Virus record (IMG/VR): IMGVR_UViG_3300024331_000122
Location: 1-38,721 of that record
DNA from: a virus
Taxonomy: Duplodnaviria; Caudoviricetes
Strand: one strand, 5' to 3'
DNA: 38,721 nt
Positions 1-6,006 of the stretch are shown here, in pieces. The stretch's first letter is position 1. Each line of letters begins with the position of its first letter. The notes beneath the pieces are model-generated. The model did no database searches, was not told the origin of the DNA, and was given only the letters and a program-made list of their open reading frames with translations. Both the position numbers and the translations under genes were made by a program.

Positions 1-342
1 GGGGCCGCTTTCAGTGACCCGCTCTGCAGCTGGTCGCTTCGTATCGATACCCAGCCGGTTCAAGCCCGCGCGCACCGTAGCCCAGGTGCTCCCATGTCGC
101 TCGGCAATCTTGCTGATCGACAGCCCCGACTCAAAATCAGCCCGCAGTTTCTCTTCGTCAAACCTCTTCGTTCGCTGTGGCACTTCGTTCACCTCCTCGG
201 TTACGTTCGCCTTCGCCGGTTCCGCGACGGCCGCGACTGGCGCCGTTCCCCGGAAATGAGGCGTGCACAGATACCGGCCATTCACAATTCGCGTAGCAGG
301 TGTTTCCACTCCGGTCGCCTTGCACTCGACACATGGCGTCAC
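1..342 (-). CDS. Zn-finger + HTH DNA-binding protein, runs off left end (not in ORF track)
   Basis: Manual translation from GTG 342 (GTGA overlap with upstream stop): MTPCVECKATG...YLCTPHF...FESGLSISKIAERHGSTWATVRAGLNRLGI; open to base 1. Confidence 0.75.
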   Translation of the reverse strand, partial: MTPCVECKATGVETPATRIVNGRYLCTPHFRGTAPVAAVAEPAKANVTEEVNEVPQRTKRFDEEKLRADFESGLSISKIAERHGSTWATVRAGLNRLGIDTKRPAAERVTESGP

Positions 343-560
343 TTTTGATCCCCCGATCTCACATGAACCAATCGCCCACACCGGCTGCAGTGATACTCCG
401 AGACGCGCCCCTGTCCCGGAAAGGTCGTAACGCGTCCACAGCCGTCGTACGGACACGTCGCCTCCAGCACCTGCCCTACCCAATGCGCCGGCGTGGACTC
501 CGGAAGATAAACATCCGCGCGCTCCTGCGCAAACGTTGGATGGAGCGCCCACCAGCTCAT
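339..560 (-). CDS. Small zinc-ribbon protein
   Basis: ATGA-coupled start at 560 (MSWWALH...); CPYDGC...CSRC. Confidence 0.7.
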   Translation of the reverse strand: MSWWALHPTFAQERADVYLPESTPAHWVGQVLEATCPYDGCGRVTTFPGQGRVSEYHCSRCGRLVHVRSGDQK

Positions 561-868
561 GCGACACCTGCCCGCTTCATCGCATCCTGCCCGCACGGAT
601 CGCAATACCCGTGTGACATCGGCCGCGTGAAGTCGTAGCGTGCATTGCATTCCGGACAGCGCGTCTCGCCGCGGCCAAGGATTTCCATGGCCCGCTCGCT
701 TCGCCGACCGCGTTCTTCCGGTGTCAACCGTTTCAAGAGCGAGTCGTTAAACTCGAAGCGATGCCCGTTCGGACAAGTCAAGGCCAGCAGCACGCGACAA
801 ACGCAGCACTGGCTGACACAGATCAAGCTGGCTGGCGACTTCACCGCGGCTGTGGACTCCGCGTTCAC
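557..868 (-). CDS. Cys-rich zinc-finger protein
   Basis: CCVC, CPNGH, CPEC and CDPC motifs; 4-nt overlaps with both neighbours. Confidence 0.75.
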   Translation of the reverse strand: MNAESTAAVKSPASLICVSQCCVCRVLLALTCPNGHRFEFNDSLLKRLTPEERGRRSERAMEILGRGETRCPECNARYDFTRPMSHGYCDPCGQDAMKRAGVA

Positions 869-1140
869 CTGGCTCGTCCTCGTCCTGCCTGATAGCCGTT
901 GCCGAAGGACCGCACGTCGTTTCCTGCCGGCACCGGGATCAATGCTCCTGGCTGCTCACCACGCGCCGCCGCCGTCTGCGCTTCCACCCAGCGCACCAGC
1001 TCCGCCCGTGGCACCAGCACGCGCGCGCCGATCCGGACCGAAGGAATCGCCCCGCCGCTGACGAGTTCATACGTCTTCGTCCGCCCGATCCCGAGCAGCT
1101 CCCCGGCTTCCTTGATACTCAGCAGCAGCGCTTCGCTCAT
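865..1140 (-). CDS. xis: Excisionase / recombination directionality factor (HTH_17-type)
   Basis: MSEALLLSIKEAGELLGIGRTKTYELVSGGAIPSVRIGARVLVPRAELVRWV is the typical Xis-like winged-helix pattern; ATGA-coupled start at 1140. Confidence 0.85.
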   Translation of the reverse strand: MSEALLLSIKEAGELLGIGRTKTYELVSGGAIPSVRIGARVLVPRAELVRWVEAQTAAARGEQPGALIPVPAGNDVRSFGNGYQAGRGRAR

Positions 1141-1343
1141 ACCTCGGGCCTTATGTCTTCCAGTTGCGTAACCGACAGCCAGTAGCCCTTCGCATACGCC
1201 TTGATCACGTTGCCCTGAGGGTTCGTAAACGCAAGGACCCCGCTGTCGTAGCACAGCTCATGGCAGATCACTTCCTCGGTGGGTGATGGCGTATCGGCTC
1301 CGCCAACCACTGCATCCAACGTGACTAAAAACCGTTTCCTCAT
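1137..1343 (-). CDS. Hypothetical early protein (68 aa)
   Basis: AAGGAG RBS before ATG 1343; stop overlaps xis start. Confidence 0.7.
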   Translation of the reverse strand: MRKRFLVTLDAVVGGADTPSPTEEVICHELCYDSGVLAFTNPQGNVIKAYAKGYWLSVTQLEDIRPEV

Positions 1344-1354
1344 TGGTGATCTCC

Positions 1355-1606
1355 TTATTCGCTTGCTCGATCGATCGCCGGTATCGCCAACCACTCCGGA
1401 CTCAGCCCCGCAATTTCCTCGGGACTCAAACTGCGCCGCACATGAAACGCCAGCCCCTTCACTTCGATCCGCGACGGCTCAACTCCGACGCCGTTCAACT
1501 GCCGCCACGCCACCTCGATCACCGCGCACCGCTCGTCCAAATTCCACCGGATCGCCGGCTTCGGCTTTCCCGTCAAACTCAACCGACTGACTGAGGCGTG
1601 CCACAC
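1355..1606 (-). CDS. Hypothetical early protein
   Basis: ORF fills the gap in the co-directional early operon; start uncertain. Confidence 0.5.
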   Translation of the reverse strand: MWHASVSRLSLTGKPKPAIRWNLDERCAVIEVAWRQLNGVGVEPSRIEVKGLAFHVRRSLSPEEIAGLSPEWLAIPAIDRASE

Positions 1607-1630
1607 GGGCCGCCCTTCGAATGCGTCTAG

Positions 1631-1750
1631 TCACTTGTTCACCGTCAAAATGATCGACAGCCGCCCGACGATCCGCCGGTACTTCGGTAACGCCGTCTCA
1701 TACGCGCGCGCACACGGATTCTGGTAAGCGAAAAGCTGCGCCTCTGTCAT
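1631..1750 (-). CDS. Small hypothetical protein (39 aa, MTEAQLFAYQ...)
   Basis: ATGA overlap with upstream small ORF. Confidence 0.5.
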   Translation of the reverse strand: MTEAQLFAYQNPCARAYETALPKYRRIVGRLSIILTVNK

Positions 1751-1845
1751 CGGTTCACCATCGGGATCACCGCACCAGCGAGCAGCGCGAGAATGAACGC
1801 GCCGATCAGAAACAGCACCACGCGAAGTGGAGTCCCTCGCCTCAC
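1747..1845 (-). CDS. 32-aa single-pass membrane peptide (not in ORF track)
   Basis: MRRGTPLRVVLFLIGAFILALLAGAVIPMVNR; GTGA overlap upstream and ATGA overlap downstream. Confidence 0.65.
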   Translation of the reverse strand: MRRGTPLRVVLFLIGAFILALLAGAVIPMVNR

Positions 1846-2129
1846 GCTGCTGGCCTCTTCCAGTCGTCAAACAACGGGCCGAACGTCTCCCAGGCAATCG
1901 CTTCAATCGTTTCGTCGTCCATGACGAGGCCAAAGCTCTGCGGATCCGGAGGGTGGACTTCGCGTGCAGCTGGCAGTGAGGCGAGCCGTGCAGTTACTGG
2001 AGAAGGTGCTTGCAGCCCCCGCGACTCCAACGGCTCTAGTGGTCTGCTTGGAGTGATGCCCCGATCCCCGACCACGGTACCGGCCTCCGTCGCAACCCCA
2101 CCGCCAGCATCTTGTGAAAAATCGCTCAT
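1842..2129 (-). CDS. Hypothetical early protein
   Basis: 95-aa ORF with 4-nt overlaps on both sides. Confidence 0.6.
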   Translation of the reverse strand: MSDFSQDAGGGVATEAGTVVGDRGITPSRPLEPLESRGLQAPSPVTARLASLPAAREVHPPDPQSFGLVMDDETIEAIAWETFGPLFDDWKRPAA

Positions 2130-2311
2130 GCCGCCCTTCGCAACTGCGGCTTCTGAATCGCGCGCAGCGTCTTATCCGCATCCGCACACCGCGCCGCGAC
2201 CAGCGCCTTCACTTCACGCACCAGCATGCGGACTTCACCTGCCATCCGCGCCTGCCGTGCCTCCGCCTCAGCCAACCGCCGATTCATCCGAACTAACGTC
2301 GCCTTTCTCAT
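2126..2311 (-). CDS. Small basic coiled-coil protein
   Basis: GGAGG RBS, ATG 2311 overlapping the cro stop. Confidence 0.65.
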   Translation of the reverse strand: MRKATLVRMNRRLAEAEARQARMAGEVRMLVREVKALVAARCADADKTLRAIQKPQLRRAA

Positions 2312-2598
2312 GCCGCTACCTCCTGGGGGGATTGAGTTCGACGCCGGCTCGTCTCGGATGCCGCCAACAGTTCGTTGCACGCATCCAGCAAGGGCCGTGA
2401 CATCGTGTTCCCTTCCAGTAATTGCGACAACCGCGGCGCCGGATTTTTCCCACCCGTCTTTTCAACGTAGTGGCGACATACGTCCGCCTGACTGATTCCC
2501 GCCTTCTCCAGGCGTTGTTTCAGCGAGCGCATCTCGCCAACAAAACGCTTGCGTTCTGCGCGTCGCTTTGCTATCGTCTGTCTGTCTGTTCTGTCCAC
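2308..2598 (-). CDS. Cro-like HTH regulator (probable GTG start 2598)
   Basis: LKQRLEKAGISQADVC...RLSQLLEG HTH pattern; divergent from repressor; first gene of the leftward operon; ends QEVAA. Confidence 0.75.
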   Translation of the reverse strand: MDRTDRQTIAKRRAERKRFVGEMRSLKQRLEKAGISQADVCRHYVEKTGGKNPAPRLSQLLEGNTMSRPLLDACNELLAASETSRRRTQSPQEVAA

Positions 2599-2635
2599 GC
2601 CATGGACAATACATGTATCAGGCATGGCCTGTCAA
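2592..2635 (-). promoter_or_regulatory. Lysis/lysogeny switch: leftward sigma70 promoter with overlapping palindromes
   Basis: Minus strand TTGACA (2635-2630), 18 nt, TATTGT (2611-2606); palindromes TGTCCA-N5-TGGACA, ATACATGTAT, AGGC-atg-GCCT. Confidence 0.7.
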
Positions 2636-2644
2636 GAGGTTTTT

Positions 2645-3004
2645 GTGAACGATCCAAAAAAGAGTCCCGTGCCGGAAACGCCGGAGCAGTTCAATAAGCG
2701 AGCCGAAGAACTCCGGCGGCGAGAAAAGTGGTCAAAATCCAAGCTCGCTAAGCGCCTCGGCGTGGGAGAGCGAACCCTCTACAAGTACCAGGATGGCAGC
2801 ATCACCCCGAGTCCCAATAGCATCCAGCGCTTACTCGATCTGATGGAGGATCCCGACGCGCCGCTCCCCGCTGAAGCGGGAGCACAGAATCTTCTGGATC
2901 AGGTCAACGAGCGCTTCAACCGTATCGAGAACCAAAACTTCGAACTCGCAAAGCAACTTGCCGAACTCCGCGGCATGCTGATGGCGCTGAGAGGTAAACC
3001 ATGA
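2645..3004 (+). CDS. CI-like XRE-family repressor with C-terminal coiled coil, no peptidase S24 domain
   Basis: EELRRREKWSKSKLAKRLGVGERTLYKYQDGSITPS HTH; AAGAGGT RBS before GTG 2645; divergent from cro. Confidence 0.85.
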   Translation: MNDPKKSPVPETPEQFNKRAEELRRREKWSKSKLAKRLGVGERTLYKYQDGSITPSPNSIQRLLDLMEDPDAPLPAEAGAQNLLDQVNERFNRIENQNFELAKQLAELRGMLMALRGKP

Positions 3005-3345
3005 AGAGAGCCACATTCACAATCGCCTTTTTCTGTTTGCTGATCCTCGGATTCAGCGTTCTATACGTGCCATGGAAGGCAGAGTTGCCAGCGGGCCACG
3101 GCGCCGCGACGGGACGAGTCGCCTATAAGGGCCACGCTTGGCTCTGGCACCCTCCAGTCCCCGGTGAGAACGCACCTGCAGCTTTGCCGGCCGATTTCTT
3201 CGAGCGCAGCTCCCACAGTGATCCCCTGGCCGAGTACCTTCGCGTCGACTGGCCAGCGCTGTTCGTGCAATGCTTGGCGGTCCTTCTCTTTTCGGTCGCT
3301 CTGATCTCCGCCACTCACTATGTCCAAACGCCGCGGAAATCGTGA
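3001..3345 (+). CDS. Two-TM membrane protein, candidate superinfection-exclusion factor
   Basis: Hydrophobic segments near both termini; overlaps cI stop and int start; loop contains LPADFFER. Confidence 0.75.
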   Translation: MKRATFTIAFFCLLILGFSVLYVPWKAELPAGHGAATGRVAYKGHAWLWHPPVPGENAPAALPADFFERSSHSDPLAEYLRVDWPALFVQCLAVLLFSVALISATHYVQTPRKS

Positions 3346-4549
3346 AGGCTCGATATACCAGGATGCAAGCCGCAGGTGGCGCGCGGAACTCTGGCTGGGA
3401 TATCGCAACGGCAAACCCTGGCGCAAAAAGTTTAGCGGCCGCACTCGTGAAGACGTCGCGAAAAAGCTGAACAAGGAACTCGCCGACACCCACCGCTCCG
3501 AGGCGCCCGAGCGACTCACCCTCTCCGACTTCCTGGACACCTGGCTCCGCGACGTCGCCAAGAATCGCGTTCGCCCATCGACCTACTCCGGATACAAAGA
3601 CAAGATCGAAACCCACCTGAAACCGGGACTCGGCCGCGAGCGCTTACGTACACTCCACCCCGCCGTGCTGCAGCGCTTCTTCAACGAACGCCAGCGCTCA
3701 GGACTTTCAGCGACCAGCGTCCGCGATATCCGTTCGGTCCTTCGCAACGCGCTGCGCACCGCGGTCACCTGGAAAATGATCTCGACCAATCCAGTCGCCG
3801 ATACGGATCCGCCACGCCGGCGCGAACGCGCTCCGACGATCTTGGATGAAGCACAGTCCAAACGCTTCCTGCGTCACTGCGCGAAGCACCGTCTCGGGGA
3901 TCTCTTCAAGCTAACGCTCTACACTGGCATGAGCCGCGGCGAAGTAACGGGACTCCCTTGGTCCGCCGTCGATCTCGACAAAGGCACGCTCGCGATCGAG
4001 CAAGCACTACAGCGCGTCGACGGCGAAGACTCTGGAGACGGGAAGAAGAAAAAGAGCCGGCTGGAAATTGTGGAGGTGAAGGCCGCGAGTCGGATCCGCG
4101 TGTTGGAGTTGTCGCGTCCGATGGTCGCCGCGCTCGAAGATCAGCGACGCCGGCAGCTGCGCGAGCGGAACACGTCGAAGTACTGGAAGGAATCGGGCCT
4201 GGTCTTTACGACGCCGATAGGGACACCGCTTGAGCCGCGCAACCTCGGCCGCGAACTACATGCGCTGTTGAAAACGGCCGGCCTGCCGCAGATCCGCTTT
4301 CACGATCTCCGCCACTCGGCCGCGAGTCTGCTGCTGGCCGAAGGCGTTCACCCTCGCGCGGTCCAGGAGCTGCTGGGTCACTCAGATTTTCGGGTAACGA
4401 TGAACGTGTACTCGCATGTAATCCGGCGCGTGAAGCGCGACACCGCCGAGACGATGTCGCGCATTCTGTCCGGTCCCGTCAGGAGCAATTCTGGGAGCAG
4501 CGCCCGTGAGAAGCCACGGATGCGCGCGATACCCGGCGGACGCAAATAG
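3320..4549 (+). CDS. int: Tyrosine integrase (arm-binding, SAM-like and catalytic domains)
   Basis: N-terminal GSIYQ...WRA arm domain; FHDLRHS, LGH and YSH catalytic motifs; box I reads TGMSRGE. Confidence 0.97.
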   Translation: MSKRRGNREGSIYQDASRRWRAELWLGYRNGKPWRKKFSGRTREDVAKKLNKELADTHRSEAPERLTLSDFLDTWLRDVAKNRVRPSTYSGYKDKIETHLKPGLGRERLRTLHPAVLQRFFNERQRSGLSATSVRDIRSVLRNALRTAVTWKMISTNPVADTDPPRRRERAPTILDEAQSKRFLRHCAKHRLGDLFKLTLYTGMSRGEVTGLPWSAVDLDKGTLAIEQALQRVDGEDSGDGKKKKSRLEIVEVKAASRIRVLELSRPMVAALEDQRRRQLRERNTSKYWKESGLVFTTPIGTPLEPRNLGRELHALLKTAGLPQIRFHDLRHSAASLLLAEGVHPRAVQELLGHSDFRVTMNVYSHVIRRVKRDTAETMSRILSGPVRSNSGSSAREKPRMRAIPGGRK

Positions 4550-4555
4550 TTGATT
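4543..4555 (-). promoter_or_regulatory. IHF-binding consensus
   Basis: AATCAACTATTTG matches WATCAANNNNTTR. Confidence 0.7.
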
Positions 4556-4594
4556 CGCGGACGCCGTGGTATCCTACGACTGAGCCGCCCCTGA

Positions 4595-4639
4595 TTCGTA
4601 AAGCGGGGGTTGTCGGTTCAATTCCGATCTTCGGCTCCA
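4595..4639 (+). other. attP core = 3' half of tRNA-Thr(CGT), anticodon loop to CCA
   Basis: TTCGTAA loop, AGCGG, GGGTT, T-arm GTCGG-TTCAATT-CCGAT, acceptor CTTCGGC, T, CCA fit tRNA positions 32-76; 5' half absent. Confidence 0.9.
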
Positions 4640-4642
4640 TCT

Positions 4643-4655
4643 TATCAATCACTTA
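4643..4655 (+). promoter_or_regulatory. IHF-binding consensus
   Basis: TATCAATCACTTA matches WATCAANNNNTTR. Confidence 0.7.
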
Positions 4656-5380
4656 CCGTCAGCAAGATCTCCCTCGGGAGCAGCGTTGGGAGCAGTTGGG
4701 TCAGCTCCTTCGCCGTTCGACGCTCCTGCTGCCGTTTCCGCCTCCGCGCTGGCCACCGTAGTCGATTCTCCAGCGTTGCCTTGCTGAGTCTCGATCGCCG
4801 GCGGTTTTTCTTCCGTCAACGCCGGGGGATTCGGATCCGCAGGTACGCGGATTAGCTCGGCGCCCTTCTCCTCCTCGGCCGGCATCTCCAGACCGCTCGC
4901 CGCCCACACCGCATCGATGCCAGTTCCTTCTTCGCGCGACTCCGATTCGTCATAGATGCGACGCACTTCATCGCTCGGCGTTGCCGGAAACCGTCCTGTG
5001 AGCTGAACGTGGGGAGCGTCGGGAAACGTCCGCCAGTTCGCGCCGCACACCAGACCTTCACGCGCCATCGCCGCTTCGATCGCCGCCCACATCGGATCGT
5101 TTGCGTTCCAGCGAATCCGCGACTGGCGGTCGTGACCAATCGGTGCGACGTCGACGGCTAGTCCAAATTCATGCCAGCCGTAACCAGGCGCAGCGTTAGT
5201 TACCTTCGGCCCAGGTGTGGTGCGACCTTTCGCGTAAAGCTCGGCTTGTTCTTCGTGCGTGCGCAGTCCCGCACAAACCACCACGTCGATATCGTCAGCC
5301 TCCAGCGCCAAGGCTGCCGCCTTCACCTTCGCCGCTAACAACGGATGAATCCCTAACAGCTTTCCAAATTCTCGAATCAT
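4649..5380 (-). CDS. Endolysin, peptidase M15 family (L-Ala-D-Glu peptidase type) with acidic C-terminal tail
   Basis: GLRTHEEQAELYAKGRT...VTNA.PG.GWHEFGLAVDV...DAPHVQL; ATG 5380 after GGAGGAG, ATGA-coupled. Confidence 0.92.
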   Translation of the reverse strand: MIREFGKLLGIHPLLAAKVKAAALALEADDIDVVVCAGLRTHEEQAELYAKGRTTPGPKVTNAAPGYGWHEFGLAVDVAPIGHDRQSRIRWNANDPMWAAIEAAMAREGLVCGANWRTFPDAPHVQLTGRFPATPSDEVRRIYDESESREEGTGIDAVWAASGLEMPAEEEKGAELIRVPADPNPPALTEEKPPAIETQQGNAGESTTVASAEAETAAGASNGEGADPTAPNAAPEGDLADGK

Positions 5381-6006
5381 TGTTTCTCTCCTCCTCCAGT
5401 TGTGACTTCTCCCGCTTTCCACTCGTCCCCGTCCACCTCCACCGGCAACGCACTGCCCGGCGGTCCCAAATACTTCTTGTCGAGCAGATACTTGTGATCG
5501 AGCTTCTTTCTGCGGCCCGACAGGTACGACTGCGCGAGTTCGATGTTGCGCCCGTGTGTCACCAGCACTCGATGCCCGCCGCGGCGCTTCAACTCGTCCA
5601 GGTGCTTGTCGAGTTTCGGTAAAAACTTCTTCGCCCATGCATGAAACGATTCCCCACCTGGCGTGGCGACGTTCGGCTGCCGATGCGCCAGGTGTTTCAG
5701 AATCGGCATGACGTCGCGGACCTTCTGCCCTTCATGCGCGCCCGGATCCCACGTCCGCAGATCCCGGTCCGGATGAACTTGCGCGCCGGTGATGTGCGAA
5801 ATGATCTTCGCCGTCTCCGCCGCGTGCTGAAGGTCCGAGTGATAAATGGAATCGACGGGAAACTTCGAGAGGTGCGCGCCGATCCGCAAGGCTTGCTTCT
5901 GGCCCTTGTCCGTAAGCGGCAATTGCAGGTGACCGCGCACACGTTCACCATCCGCCTTGTTGAGCTCCGTAGCTCCGTGGCGGACTAACCAAAGTGTAGG
6001 TTTCAA
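5377..6006 (-). CDS. Histidine phosphatase (phosphoglycerate-mutase-like) family protein
   Basis: WLVRHGAT, YHSDL, PGGES and VLVTHG motifs. Confidence 0.92.
   Translation of the reverse strand: MKPTLWLVRHGATELNKADGERVRGHLQLPLTDKGQKQALRIGAHLSKFPVDSIYHSDLQHAAETAKIISHITGAQVHPDRDLRTWDPGAHEGQKVRDVMPILKHLAHRQPNVATPGGESFHAWAKKFLPKLDKHLDELKRRGGHRVLVTHGRNIELAQSYLSGRRKKLDHKYLLDKKYLGPPGSALPVEVDGDEWKAGEVTTGGGEKQ

Larger units (their letters stand above)
4481..4704. other. attP region (arm sites + IHF boxes + core)
   Basis: GGGAGCAG-like direct repeats at 4481, 4493, 4676 and 4688 (each pair 12 bp apart), partial at 4698; IHF boxes 4543-4555 and 4643-4655; tRNA-derived core between them. Confidence 0.85.

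Noticed and set aside
2577-2596. TCTG microsatellite as a phase-variation switch in cro
   Set aside because: Only three perfect units; too short to support slippage
4560-4639. Complete tRNA-Thr gene
   Set aside because: No 5' acceptor strand or D-arm, and the anticodon stem cannot pair; it is an attP core
5381-5638. N-terminal extension of the endolysin in the ORF track
   Set aside because: Overlaps the phosphatase gene; the RBS and ATGA coupling support a start at 5380
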